A stretch of 64,000 bases of DNA, taken from the NCBI GenBank assembly GCA_050250895.1, contig JBFWNU010000002.1:599659-663658 (forward strand). The letters run 5' to 3'. A program made the translations under genes and the position numbers. Shown here in pieces: positions 30,404 through 40,468 of this stretch. The stretch's first letter is position 1. Every line of letters begins with the position of its first letter. The DNA is from Vulcanimicrobiota bacterium (lineage in GTDB: Bacteria; Vulcanimicrobiota; Xenobia; Xenobiales; JADMJV01). The notes under the pieces were generated by a model. That model was not told the DNA's origin, searched no databases, and saw only the letters and a list, made by a program, of their open reading frames with translations.

Positions 30404-31021
30404 ATGAGAGCCCGTGCCTCCCTACGTCGTTGGACTGACCGCGCCCAGAAATGGTGGCCCGGCGAGGCACGCCCGGACACCTTGCCGTTAAAGTCTAATC
30501 CCCAGCCAGCCGAACCGAGAGACGCCCTCAGTCTGCTGGCCTTGTTCGCTCCGGCCTTGCTCTTCGGGGCGGGCCTCGGCTACTTAGGGTGGTCCGACTC
30601 GCGCTTTGACTGGGTCGGCCAACCCCAGCGCCATCCGTGGCAACTGTGGGCGCTCACGCTGTTCGGGGTGGTAGCCACTACCGGCGGCCTGGCCGATTGG
30701 TATTTCCACCGCTGCTTTGTTTCGGCAGGCCCAAAAGAGCGCCGGAGCCACCTCCTGGCTCTGGCCACCGGAGGCTTTCCCCTGGCCGTCTTGATGGGCT
30801 GGGCCTCGCTGGTTCCCGACCCTCGTTTTCTCTTGCTGCCGATTCTGGTGGTCACCCTTTACACCACCACGCTCATCTGTTATGACGAATTTGTCTTCCA
30901 TCGCAAGCGCTGCAAGCGGCTCGAGACCCTGATGCACCGGTTGCTGGTCTTCGGCAACGGCGGAGCATGGCTTGCCTGGATGCATTGGTTATTCGTCGAG
31001 GGAGGTGTCTATGGAGGCTAG
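30404..31021 (+). CDS. hypothetical membrane protein
   Basis: multiple TMs; DW.FH, DEFVFH and E...H motifs suggest a metal-binding membrane enzyme. Confidence 0.7.
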   Translation: MRARASLRRWTDRAQKWWPGEARPDTLPLKSNPQPAEPRDALSLLALFAPALLFGAGLGYLGWSDSRFDWVGQPQRHPWQLWALTLFGVVATTGGLADWYFHRCFVSAGPKERRSHLLALATGGFPLAVLMGWASLVPDPRFLLLPILVVTLYTTTLICYDEFVFHRKRCKRLETLMHRLLVFGNGGAWLAWMHWLFVEGGVYGG

Positions 31022-31544
31022 CCAACTGCTCAAGAGAGCCATGGCCATCTATGACGACCCCGCGAGCGGGCTGGCTCAGACCGCCTCTCAGGCCGGTCGC
31101 CAGGGCTTTCTTTCGGGAGCCCAATGGATGAATCAGGCCCTGGGGGTGGTCAGAGGACGTCCCACCTTGATGCGCCCCGCCAACTATCAGGGACTCGGTT
31201 TCTTCAAGTATGGCCTCGCCACGGCTGCCGCCCTGACGGCTCTCTTCGTCGCCTATCAAGTCGGGCGATGGGATTTCCTTGGTCTGGTGCCGCTGGCGTT
31301 CTATGCGGTAGAAGCCCAGTTCGTCTTTCTCTTTCCGCTGGTTCTCGATGGCTCGCCCACGCCGGTGAAAGACTCGCTGGCCCTGACGGCGCGGGCCGGA
31401 GGAACCATCCAGGTGATGGCCACGGTGGTGCCCATTGCTTGCGTGATGCTGTTTGGAGGTTTCGTGGGGCAGGGCTTCGTGCGTTGTTGGTGCGTGGGGT
31501 GTCTGGCCGTGGTGCTGTGGTATGAGGACGTGCTCGACATTTGA
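31011..31544 (+). CDS. hypothetical membrane protein
   Basis: GGAGG RBS; hydrophobic segments; overlaps its neighbours in an operon-like way. Confidence 0.7.
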   Translation: MEASQLLKRAMAIYDDPASGLAQTASQAGRQGFLSGAQWMNQALGVVRGRPTLMRPANYQGLGFFKYGLATAAALTALFVAYQVGRWDFLGLVPLAFYAVEAQFVFLFPLVLDGSPTPVKDSLALTARAGGTIQVMATVVPIACVMLFGGFVGQGFVRCWCVGCLAVVLWYEDVLDI

Positions 31545-32187
31545 GTGGGCTGCCTCGGGCCAACTGCTGGTTCGGCGTGAAAGCCTCGGGTTGGCGTTGG
31601 GTCTCGACCTGCTCTACGTCAGCGACCTGCACTTGCGGGCCGGTTTGCCGATGCGGCTCGAAGCTCAGGTGATCGAGGCGGCCCAACAGAGCCGACCCGA
31701 TCACATCCTGCTGGGGGGCGATCTGGTCGACTCCGCCTCGGGTCTGGGTCGGCTGGCCGACCTGGTCGCCAACCTGGCTCGCCTGGCCCCGGTGGGCGCG
31801 GTGGCCGGCAACCACGACCGGATGGTGGGCAAAGAGCGCGTTCGGCAGGTCGTTTGTGAGGCGGGTGCCAACTGGCTAGAGGACGGCGGCGACGGTTTGA
31901 TTTCAGGACGGCCCGAAAAGGGAGCAACCGTGCTTTGTGCCCACGACCCGGCCGTCATCGAATTCGTCCCTCCGACCACTCGACTGGTGCTGGCCGGGCA
32001 CCTTCACGGCGGCCAGATGGTGTTGGCCGAGCGAGCCGGCAAGCTCTATCCCGGGGCCTTCTTTTATCGGTGGAACGGCCTGCGTTTCGAGCGCGGACCG
32101 ACCACTATGCTAGTCAGCCGCGGGGTCACCGATACCCTGCCGCTGCGCTATAATTGTCCCCGTGAGGTATTGCTGGTGAAGCTATGA
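31522..32187 (+). CDS. metallophosphoesterase (YkuE-like)
   Basis: SDLH, GGDLVD, GNHD, AHDP, AGHLHGGQ and VSRG motifs. Confidence 0.88.
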   Translation: MRTCSTFEWAASGQLLVRRESLGLALGLDLLYVSDLHLRAGLPMRLEAQVIEAAQQSRPDHILLGGDLVDSASGLGRLADLVANLARLAPVGAVAGNHDRMVGKERVRQVVCEAGANWLEDGGDGLISGRPEKGATVLCAHDPAVIEFVPPTTRLVLAGHLHGGQMVLAERAGKLYPGAFFYRWNGLRFERGPTTMLVSRGVTDTLPLRYNCPREVLLVKL

Positions 32188-33065
32188 GAAATGCCGTTAC
32201 GATCGAGGCTCCCGGAGCCCTTCTGCAGGGCGACCTGTGGAGTCCCGAAAGCGTCCGCGGGGCGGTGGTCCTGGCCAACGCCATGGCCGTGCCGCGACGC
32301 TTCTACGCTCGCTTTGCCGAGGCCTTGAGCCAACGGGGCCTGGCCGTGCTCACCTTTGATTATCGAGGAGTGGCCGGCTCGGCCCCGGCTGATCTGCGCG
32401 GCTATCAAGCCAGCCTGCGGGATTGGGGCGAACTGGACCTGGAGGCGGCTCTGGCCTGCATGCGCGAGCGTTTTCCGGGTCTCGGCCTGGCGGTGGTGGG
32501 CCATAGCGCCGGCGGGCAACTGGTGGGTATGACCCGGACTCGGCTAGCGGGAGTGCTGACGGTGGCTTCTCAGAGCGGTTATTGGAAGCTCTTTTCGGGG
32601 CTCGAGCGCTACAAGCTCTATCTCCTCTGGCGCCTGGTCCTGCCGGCTCTGTGCCGAGTCTTCGGGTATATGCCGGCCCGTCGGCTCGGCCTGGGAGAAG
32701 ACGTGCCCCGGGGGCCGGTCCTGCAGTGGGCCGGTTGGTGCCTGACCGCCGGCTACCTCTGGTCCGAGCCCGACCTGGCCGAGCGTTATCGGCGCTTTGA
32801 CGCCCCTCTGCGCGCCTATTGGGTGAGCGATGATCACTGGGCCCCCCAGGCGGCCGTGAGGGCCCTGGTGGCCGGCTACGGTGGGGGAGAGTGTCTGGAA
32901 ATGGTGCCCTCGCGGGCCGGTCGGACGAAGTTGGGTCATTTCGGCTTCTTTCGCCTCGAGCCGGACAATCTCGCCTGGCGAGACTGCTTCGAATGGCTCG
33001 AGGGTTTACCAGGTTTCGACGGCGGCGCTGGCCCCCAGGCGAAAGGCGGGGTGGACCTCGTCTGA
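32184..33065 (+). CDS. alpha/beta hydrolase
   Basis: FDYRG, GHSAGG nucleophile elbow and GHFGFF motifs. Confidence 0.88.
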   Translation: MRNAVTIEAPGALLQGDLWSPESVRGAVVLANAMAVPRRFYARFAEALSQRGLAVLTFDYRGVAGSAPADLRGYQASLRDWGELDLEAALACMRERFPGLGLAVVGHSAGGQLVGMTRTRLAGVLTVASQSGYWKLFSGLERYKLYLLWRLVLPALCRVFGYMPARRLGLGEDVPRGPVLQWAGWCLTAGYLWSEPDLAERYRRFDAPLRAYWVSDDHWAPQAAVRALVAGYGGGECLEMVPSRAGRTKLGHFGFFRLEPDNLAWRDCFEWLEGLPGFDGGAGPQAKGGVDLV

Positions 33066-34124
33066 CTCGAGCAGATCGGCCACCAGTTCGCCCAGCACCG
33101 GCCCGAACTTGAAGGCGTGGCCGCTGCCGCAACCGGCCAGCACGATGCGCTCCGAGCCGGGCAGCCGGTCGATGAGAAAGTCGCCGCTGGCCGAGTTGGT
33201 GTAAAGGCAGATGCGACCGCTGATGGGTGCCTCGGCCAGTCCTGGCAGGTTGGCCCGGGTGAAGGCCCGGCTCTCTTCGCGAAACTCGGGGTCCTCGACC
33301 CGCTCGATATCGGGGTCCACCGTCTCTGAACGCCGGTGGAGAGCCACTTTGACGATCCCGTCAGGATTGGTCGGAAAGCCGTACCAGCCGCTATTGACGA
33401 TGTCCCACACCCAGACGGGATAATCAAAGCTACCGGGATCGGCGGGCTGATAGTGCGTGATCCGCTGGCGGCTCACCCTGATCCCCGAGGCTAGATAGGG
33501 AAAGAGCTTGCCCAACCATGGTCCGGCCGCCACTACCACCTGGTCGAATTCGTGGATGGTAGTGTCGACCCGGATAGAGGCTCCACTCGAGCTCTCATAG
33601 ACATTTTCGACCTCGGCCTTTTCATGGATGGTTACCCCCTCGGCCGCAGCACAGCGACCCAACGCCTCCACGGCGTGGGAGGCCGCCAACCAGCCGCCCC
33701 GATGGTTATGCACGGCCGCAGCCATGCCGTTCCAGTTGAATTGAGGCCAACGGCGGGCGGCCTCGGTGGCCTCGAGCACCTGGCCGGCCAGTCCCATCTC
33801 GCTCAATTGGCGCTGGCTCTCGTGCTCGAACCCGCCCGGCTCGTAGGCAGGGGAAAGAAACAACACGCCGCAGCGGTGAAAGACCGAGCTGCCGGTGTTG
33901 GCTTCGACCTCTCCCCAACGGCTGAAGGCTCGCGCCACCAGCGGGGCATAGAGGTGGGTGGTCGCTCCATACTCGAGCCGGATGGCTTTGGAGATATCGG
34001 TGCCTGAGGCGTCAGGAGCGGGGATTCGCCGCCGCTCGAACAGCGTGACTTGATGTCCCCGACGAGCGAGTTCCCAGGCGGACGAAAGGCCAAAGACCCC
34101 ACCTCCGACGACGCCGATTCTCAT
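33006..34124 (-). CDS. FAD-dependent oxidoreductase (sarcosine/fructosyl-amine oxidase-like)
   Basis: GGGVFG, C.YT, F.ID and GSGHAFKF motifs. Confidence 0.88.
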   Translation of the reverse strand: MRIGVVGGGVFGLSSAWELARRGHQVTLFERRRIPAPDASGTDISKAIRLEYGATTHLYAPLVARAFSRWGEVEANTGSSVFHRCGVLFLSPAYEPGGFEHESQRQLSEMGLAGQVLEATEAARRWPQFNWNGMAAAVHNHRGGWLAASHAVEALGRCAAAEGVTIHEKAEVENVYESSSGASIRVDTTIHEFDQVVVAAGPWLGKLFPYLASGIRVSRQRITHYQPADPGSFDYPVWVWDIVNSGWYGFPTNPDGIVKVALHRRSETVDPDIERVEDPEFREESRAFTRANLPGLAEAPISGRICLYTNSASGDFLIDRLPGSERIVLAGCGSGHAFKFGPVLGELVADLLESDEVHPAFRLGASAAVETW

Positions 34125-35839
34125 CGCTCCACCCTCGAGGCAGCCACCAGACCCACCAGCGGCGCGCAGGTCAAGCCTGGGACCAGGGCTTCACCGGCAG
34201 GTTGGCCGGCCACCTGCATCAACAGGTCGAGACTACCGGCCGAGACGAGCCCACAGCAGACGGCCAGGACGACGTGGTAAATCAGGCGTCCCGCTACCGA
34301 ACCGGGGCCCAGGGCGGTCCAAGCACGGTTGACGGGCCGCCAGAACAAAAGCCACGGCAGGGCCGAGGCCAGGCCCACGAACCCCACCAGCAGCACCAGA
34401 ATGTAGCAGGTCTCGTCATCGAAGTGATCGATCACGTTGGCCAGGGTCGGCGTGCACGCAGCTGCCGCTGGCACCCAGAAGAGAAAGCCGGGCTTCCAGA
34501 AGCTGGCCGCTGCCTGTTCGACATAGCCAACCCAGCGAGAAGTCTGGGTGTTAGGCTGCACCCCCGTCCAGGTATCGGCCAGCTGTTTGAGCATTACCGT
34601 GCGCAGCCAGAGACCGGCGGCACAAGCGGTTACTACCAGCGAGGCCAGAGGCGCGTAGATCAGAAAGAAGTCTTCCCAACGACGGCCCCCGCCCCACCAC
34701 TGATAGGTGGTGATGGCCAGCCCACCCCAGAGGGTGGCGGCGGTGCCGAAGAAGGCAACCCACCCGGTGAGCAGGCGCAGGCCCGACCGCACCCGGTCGC
34801 TGGCCCTGGCCGACGCCCATAGCCCTAATTCGGCGCCCAACCGGGGAGCCAGCCCCAGGGCGGCCCAGGCCAGGGGAGTGTAGGCGTCAAAGTCGCTGGT
34901 GAGAAGCATCAGACCGGCCAGGCCGGCCGCCACCAGTCCGGGCACTTCAGCCAGCGCGACCCAACCGCGATAGAACTCGAGGTGGGTCATTCCCGTTCCC
35001 ACCAGCAGGTCGAGGCTGCGCTTTTCGCGTTCGCCGGCCAGGGCTGCCGAGGTTCGCAGCGAGCTGATGCAGACGAGGTAGACCGCAGCCAGAATGGCCG
35101 TTCCCGAGCCGGGCTGATAGCCGAGCAAAAGCACCGGAACGCAGTAGGGAAGGAAGTGGTAGGCGCGGGTTCGGCCCATTTCGCGACTGATTACCAGATT
35201 GTCGAAACGGCCGTCGAGCCAGGTCCCCCGCGCCCTTCGCTCGGGCTCGGTCTCGAGCACGCGCGCGGCGGCATAGCGCCAGTGTAAAAGCCCGGCCAGC
35301 ATCAGGAAGGTCATGGGTGGCAAGCCCAGGGGGCTCAGCCAGAAGCCCACCACCATCAGCCCCAGCCCGGGCAGGTAAGCGGCCGGGCGCCCAGCCCCGG
35401 CAAAGAAGAAGGCGGGTGCGGCCGCGGCGGCTGCGATAGCCGTGCACAACAGCACCATCAGCGCGGGCGAAAGAGCGGCCTGGCCGTGGCTCAGGGGCCA
35501 CAGCAGCAGCAGAACGGGCAGGGCCTTGGGTAGCGACCGTAGCGGCTTGAGGGCCACTTCGTCCACCAACTGCGAGGCCCGGATGCCGGTGGTCCACAGT
35601 TCTTCGAGACAGCCCCCCTGGCGCAGCGCGTGCAGGCGATCCAAGCCTTGCTTGACCAGCAACAGACTGACCACGGCCATCGATAGCAGGATGTAGCCGG
35701 TGATGAACTCGGGTCGATTCCAACGTTCGAATGCGATCTGGGCGAACACGGTGCCGGCCAGTTGGGCGGCGCCCACCGCCAGCCAGAAGGTCCACTCGGG
35801 GGGTTGGTTTTGACCATCGAGATGTTTGAGTATCTGCAT
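34121..35839 (-). CDS. polytopic membrane protein (ABC-2 permease-like)
   Basis: many TMs; ERE..SLDLL motif. Confidence 0.65.
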   Translation of the reverse strand: MQILKHLDGQNQPPEWTFWLAVGAAQLAGTVFAQIAFERWNRPEFITGYILLSMAVVSLLLVKQGLDRLHALRQGGCLEELWTTGIRASQLVDEVALKPLRSLPKALPVLLLLWPLSHGQAALSPALMVLLCTAIAAAAAAPAFFFAGAGRPAAYLPGLGLMVVGFWLSPLGLPPMTFLMLAGLLHWRYAAARVLETEPERRARGTWLDGRFDNLVISREMGRTRAYHFLPYCVPVLLLGYQPGSGTAILAAVYLVCISSLRTSAALAGEREKRSLDLLVGTGMTHLEFYRGWVALAEVPGLVAAGLAGLMLLTSDFDAYTPLAWAALGLAPRLGAELGLWASARASDRVRSGLRLLTGWVAFFGTAATLWGGLAITTYQWWGGGRRWEDFFLIYAPLASLVVTACAAGLWLRTVMLKQLADTWTGVQPNTQTSRWVGYVEQAAASFWKPGFLFWVPAAAACTPTLANVIDHFDDETCYILVLLVGFVGLASALPWLLFWRPVNRAWTALGPGSVAGRLIYHVVLAVCCGLVSAGSLDLLMQVAGQPAGEALVPGLTCAPLVGLVAASRVER

Positions 35840-35925
35840 GTGTCCTGGGTCGCCTCTCGGTGGAACTTATTGCACCAAATGAATTGGGCACGCCGAGGCG
35901 TGCCCGCTACCGCTGGCCAAAACGC

Positions 35926-36324
35926 TTAGCGTTCGGTCAGACGGGTCAGTGCCGCGATGGTGCCACCGAACAAGGCGGCCGGGAAGGTTAGTCCCAGGCC
36001 CAGGGTGGCGTACCAAGCAGGGGCTCCCTGCAGGTCGCCAACCATCATGATCGAGGCCATTAGCGACAGGACGCCGACCGCGGCAGCATGGGTCGCTTCA
36101 CGGCCAGGGGCCATGCGAGCTGCCACAAAACCACCAATCGCGGTCAGGCCAAGTCCGATCACTAGAGAGATTGCATCGATCCAGATGGTGCCGTCCAGCC
36201 GCGAAGCAAGGTTCATGCTCGTGCTGCCCGGATCCAGTAGAACGATGACCAAAGCGGCGCTGAAAAGAAAGGTCGAGCCCAGGTCCGCCAGGAACCCGGT
36301 CAACACTGCCCTGAGATTCAGCAT
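35926..36324 (-). CDS. 4-TM hypothetical membrane protein
   Basis: GGF.AAR.A motif; GAGGAG RBS before ATG 36324. Confidence 0.7.
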   Translation of the reverse strand: MLNLRAVLTGFLADLGSTFLFSAALVIVLLDPGSTSMNLASRLDGTIWIDAISLVIGLGLTAIGGFVAARMAPGREATHAAAVGVLSLMASIMMVGDLQGAPAWYATLGLGLTFPAALFGGTIAALTRLTER

Positions 36325-36390
36325 AGTCTCACTCTCCTCTGATAGCTCATTCGACATTCAACCGCCGAACCCCTCAGATGTCTCGCTATT

Positions 36391-37395
36391 TTAGTGAACC
36401 AGGGCCGCGGCAGTGGCTAGCGCCACCTCGCTCATCCGCCGATAGTTGAGGCTGGCCGGCAGATCGCTGGGTTTATGGTAGTGAGGATTGCGAAAGTCAG
36501 CCGTGTCGGTGACCATCAGGGCCGGCAGTCCAGCCTCCCAGAAGGCCAGGTGATCGCTGCGTCCGAAACTTCGCACCAATTGTTCGAATTCGGCCGACGG
36601 TCGTCGCATCACCTCGAGCGGATCCCGCATCATCAAGACCGCTTCGATGCCGCCCTGCCAGGCCAGGCCCTCGGCCAGGCGGCGGGTGGCCTCGAGCGCT
36701 CCCTGGCGATAGACCAGCAGGGTGAAGTCGCCGCGAAACTCGTTCTCTCGTAGCTTCTCGAACTGGCCCGGAAAGAGGGGGGCCAGCTGTTGAGGCGCTC
36801 TTTGCGAGCGGGGCTGGCAGTCGAGATAGCCGACACTCTCGAGCACGATGGCCACCTCGGGCGGGTGGTCCAGGTTTTGCACGAAGTGGCGGGCTCCCAA
36901 CAGATTCCATTCTTCCATGTCAAAACAGACCAGGCTGAGAGGGGCTTCTGGCTTGAGTGAAGCCACTTCTAGTATCACGGCCAGGGCCGAGGCGTTGTCG
37001 TCGGCTCCGGGCGAACCATGAAGAGAATCGTAGTGGGCCGCCAGGATTCGATTGGCGCCGCGCCCCGGACGCCGGGCAATCAGGTTGACTCCTTCCAGTC
37101 CCACCAGGTCTTTCCAGTCGGCCCCGGGGGGCAGGTTGGTGGCCAGGCGAGCCATCTCCTGAGTGACCTTGAAGGTTTGCCGCTGGACCTCCCAGCCGAA
37201 GACGGTCAGAATCTGCTCCAGAAAGCGCTGGACTTCGAACTGGGCGGCGCGACCCGTCATGCGGTTGCGCGGACGGGCCATCTGGTCGACCCAGGTCCGT
37301 AACCGCTCGGGCCGCGACGGATCGCGCCAGGCGGTCAGTTTGGCCTCGACCTCTGAAGACAGATTGCGCAGGCTTGGCTCGGCCAGTCCCTTCAT
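36391..37395 (-). CDS. M28-family peptidase
   Basis: AHYDS, PGADDNAS, D.EE, SDH..F and YH...D motifs. Confidence 0.88.
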   Translation of the reverse strand: MKGLAEPSLRNLSSEVEAKLTAWRDPSRPERLRTWVDQMARPRNRMTGRAAQFEVQRFLEQILTVFGWEVQRQTFKVTQEMARLATNLPPGADWKDLVGLEGVNLIARRPGRGANRILAAHYDSLHGSPGADDNASALAVILEVASLKPEAPLSLVCFDMEEWNLLGARHFVQNLDHPPEVAIVLESVGYLDCQPRSQRAPQQLAPLFPGQFEKLRENEFRGDFTLLVYRQGALEATRRLAEGLAWQGGIEAVLMMRDPLEVMRRPSAEFEQLVRSFGRSDHLAFWEAGLPALMVTDTADFRNPHYHKPSDLPASLNYRRMSEVALATAAALVH

Positions 37396-38318
37396 GTCAG
37401 GGGCACCTCCAAGACGCCGGCGACCCGCTGGGCCAACCGTTGTAGCGGCCGCTCGGGTAGGGGGAAGGGTCCGAACTGTAGCTGCCGGCCCTGGCCCACC
37501 AGGCAGACCCGACCTTTTTCGGTCTTCACAGCGGTAATCCCAGGCTGGCTTTCGCGCGACAGCAAACGGGGGCGGCGCAGGGCTCGCCAGTAGAGAACGC
37601 TTAAGACGACCAGACCCCAAATGGCGCCCCACTTTAGGGCCTGGAGCGGGGTCAATCCGTCGCTATCGCTGGTCAGCACCACAATCAAGAATAAGATGGC
37701 CGCGCTGGCCAGCAGTAGTTGATGGAGGAAAGCTCCGCGGGGCCGGAAGATCAGCCGCTCGCCCTGGTCTATGACGCCCACCTCGCCCCACTCCTCTCCC
37801 AACAGTCCCGTCTCTTGTCCGCTCAAGTTTTCGGCCTTTTTATACAAAGCGTAATAGTGGGCCTGGCGCCAGAAAAAGCCAAACGGCAGCGCGACGATGA
37901 AAGCCTCGATGATCCATAGCCTGAAAAGTTCTCGCCCCAGGGGCTGATCAAGACTCTTGACCAGGGCGCTCTGCGAAGGAGCTACTGGATTGTAATAGAC
38001 GAGATTGGCGCTCAGCAGTTCGGCCTTGAGGTGAGTCGCCTCGTCGAGGGTGAGGTTCAGGTCGGGGGTCTTCCCTCCCGGAAACAGGGCCGTGCTCTGC
38101 CGGTTGTCGCCTGGCGGATGAAAGCTGTAGTGCGGTTCCAGGCGATAGTGGGTTTCGTCCTCGGGCACGATCTCGATGGTCAGCTGATCAGGCTGCGCCG
38201 CCTCCCAATAGGTGGCTCGTTGGAGGTCGAGCAGATGACCGAAGCTGCCGAAGGCAGCCATGGCCACCGCGAAAAACAGGGCGACGGCGCCGAGACAGCC
38301 GGGATGCTTGGGTCGCAT
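37392..38318 (-). CDS. hypothetical membrane protein (DUF3592-like)
   Basis: TM, then a soluble loop with VYYNP..P.QSAL, then further TMs. Confidence 0.6.
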   Translation of the reverse strand: MRPKHPGCLGAVALFFAVAMAAFGSFGHLLDLQRATYWEAAQPDQLTIEIVPEDETHYRLEPHYSFHPPGDNRQSTALFPGGKTPDLNLTLDEATHLKAELLSANLVYYNPVAPSQSALVKSLDQPLGRELFRLWIIEAFIVALPFGFFWRQAHYYALYKKAENLSGQETGLLGEEWGEVGVIDQGERLIFRPRGAFLHQLLLASAAILFLIVVLTSDSDGLTPLQALKWGAIWGLVVLSVLYWRALRRPRLLSRESQPGITAVKTEKGRVCLVGQGRQLQFGPFPLPERPLQRLAQRVAGVLEVPLT

Positions 38319-38349
38319 ACCCCCTACTTCACCGGCACCGCGCGCCTTC

Positions 38350-39321
38350 CTACAGGTCGACGATGCGCAAGCCGAAGCGCTCGTCTCCCTCTTTGCCCGG
38401 TGAGATGGTCAAATAGGCCAGCGATTTGCCGTCGGGCGAGAACGACGGGGCGTGCTCGATGGTGGCGGGAGTGGTGGTCAATCGCTTGACCCCGTGACCG
38501 TTCTTGTCCATGACGTAGAGGTCATAGTCGAGTCCGCCGTTTTCGTTGGCGATGAAGGCGATCTTTTGCCCGTCGGGACTCCACACGGCGTCCAGGGCCA
38601 GGCCCATCGGGTTGTAGAGCAGTTTTTCTTGCTTGGAGACCGGGTCGACCAGCCACAATTCATCCAGGGGCAGCTTCTTGTGGTGGCGTTCGTACAGCAC
38701 GGACCGACCATCGGGGGCGAACTCGGGGTGGCGATCCCAATACTGGCCGAACTGTCCTTCGGTCAACCAGTGGTCATTGTCGCCGCTGACATCGGTCAGA
38801 CGGATCTGCTGACCGTCTTCGGTGAGCGACTCATAGGCGAGTTGCTGGCTGTCGGGGCTCCAGCAGAAATGTTTTTGATAGGCGCCCTTCTTGGACACGG
38901 TGTGCTCGTTGAAGCCGTTCGCGTCCATAATAGCGACCCGGTCCTTGCGTAGATCGTGATATCCCTGAAAGGCGATCTTGCTGCCGTCGGGGCTAAACTG
39001 CGGCTTGCGGCCGTTATGGGTGAGGGCCACCGGGTCGCTGCCATCGGCGTCGCAGACGTAGACGCCCCAAGAAGGCAAGGGTTTGTCCTCGGGGGTGGTG
39101 TAGCAGCCATAGGCGATCTGGCTGCCGTCAGGGCTGAATTGGGGGGTGCCCACCCAGCGGTCGTCGGGTCCCAGGCGCGCCAGCAGTTCGTTGTCGCGGC
39201 TGACCACCACCGCGTCGCGACCGACTTCGGCGGTGATCTTCTGCCCGTCCGGGGACCATGAGGGACGGGCATCGGTGTTTTCGTAAGAGCTTGGCCGGAC
39301 CGGAGGGCTGGTGACTAGCAT
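38350..39321 (-). CDS. TolB-like PD40 beta-propeller protein, no signal peptide
   Basis: about seven P.[WF]SPDG..IA repeats. Confidence 0.88.
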   Translation of the reverse strand: MLVTSPPVRPSSYENTDARPSWSPDGQKITAEVGRDAVVVSRDNELLARLGPDDRWVGTPQFSPDGSQIAYGCYTTPEDKPLPSWGVYVCDADGSDPVALTHNGRKPQFSPDGSKIAFQGYHDLRKDRVAIMDANGFNEHTVSKKGAYQKHFCWSPDSQQLAYESLTEDGQQIRLTDVSGDNDHWLTEGQFGQYWDRHPEFAPDGRSVLYERHHKKLPLDELWLVDPVSKQEKLLYNPMGLALDAVWSPDGQKIAFIANENGGLDYDLYVMDKNGHGVKRLTTTPATIEHAPSFSPDGKSLAYLTISPGKEGDERFGLRIVDL

Positions 39322-39396
39322 GACGCTCTCCTGTCGGTGTATGTGACCCCTAATCTAACCTCACTCGAGGGCCTCGAAGGCAACCGGATGTTAACA

Positions 39397-40197
39397 TCAC
39401 GCGAAGTGGCGGCGGAGTTGATGGACCAGAGTCAAGGGATCGGGCGGCGCCTGACCTAGTCTGGCCACCCGCTCCTGGAAGGGGGGATGACTGGACAGGT
39501 CGAGGGGATTGTGACTCAGCGCCTTCGGCGAGACGTGACGATAGGCTTCTTCCAACAGAGCCAGGGCCTCGGTCCCCACCTCGGCGCCTAGCTCCAGGCG
39601 AGCGAGCATCTCGACGGCGCCAGCATCGGCTTCGTATTCCTCCTGGTGGCGCGTCGCCGCCAGGGCGGCGAACTCGAGCATCTGGCGCTCTTCGGGCGAG
39701 CGCGTGAAACCCACCTGCCGACGTACCTCTTCGAAACGCGCCTGACGAGTGGCGTAGTGGCGACGTTCGGTGTGAGTCAGCTCGTGAGCGGCAAAGAAAC
39801 AAAGGTGACGGTCCTCGACCAGCGTCGCCAACAGACCGCGGGTAAAGAAGACCGTTCCGTTAGGGCAGGCCGAGGCGAAGGCGAGCTCGGTGTCGAGCAG
39901 GGCGAACGCATAGTCCACGTCGTCTCGGGTCACCAGCGGGAGTAGCCGTTCGGCCAGGCGCTCGAGGCGGGCCTGGGCGGCCTCGTCCTCCCACTCGCCG
40001 TACTTTTCGGCCAGGTCTTGTTCGTGGCGCTCGCCGATTTCTTTTTCTTCGGGTGCGCTCAGGCCGGGGCTCTCGACTCCGCCTGCATAGGCTTCAGACT
40101 TCGCGGGCTTGGGAGCTTCCTGGGCTGGCGCTTGAGCGGACGCGGGGGCATTCGGCACGAACCAGTTGCCCTGGATGGAGCGGATTGGGTCGCACAT
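39397..40197 (-). CDS. M48-family metalloprotease
   Basis: HELTH, E.EAD and SHP...ER motifs; start placed at MCDPIRS. Confidence 0.85.
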   Translation of the reverse strand: MCDPIRSIQGNWFVPNAPASAQAPAQEAPKPAKSEAYAGGVESPGLSAPEEKEIGERHEQDLAEKYGEWEDEAAQARLERLAERLLPLVTRDDVDYAFALLDTELAFASACPNGTVFFTRGLLATLVEDRHLCFFAAHELTHTERRHYATRQARFEEVRRQVGFTRSPEERQMLEFAALAATRHQEEYEADAGAVEMLARLELGAEVGTEALALLEEAYRHVSPKALSHNPLDLSSHPPFQERVARLGQAPPDPLTLVHQLRRHFA

Positions 40198-40468
40198 TCT
40201 GATTAGTTCTCGTCGGATCGGCCGGGAGCCTCTCCAGCGGCAGAAGCCGGTGGGCCTTGTGGCAACGGGGAAAACAGGCTGAGGGTTTGCGTTTGCGGTC
40301 GAGCATGGCTCCATGCTAGCGCAGGTCTGTGGAACGGCTTTTGCCGAGATGTTCCCAGATCATTGCCCCTGGATGACCATTGTATGAACAGCGAACGGTC
40401 GCTTGTTCGCCAACGAACGATGACCCTGGTCATTTGCCTGCCCACCTCCGACAGGCTAGGCTCAGAGC

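Noticed and set aside
33006-33065. Convergent 3' overlaps (33006-33065 and 44524-44569) as a regulatory feature
   Set aside because: Short tail-to-tail overlaps are common in dense GC-rich genomes, and nothing here indicates function
40198-40468. Riboswitch (e.g. c-di-GMP-I) upstream of the M48 peptidase
   Set aside because: GCAAAC/CGCAAA words are present on the minus strand, but I could not build the GNRA stem and paired architecture; needs an Infernal search
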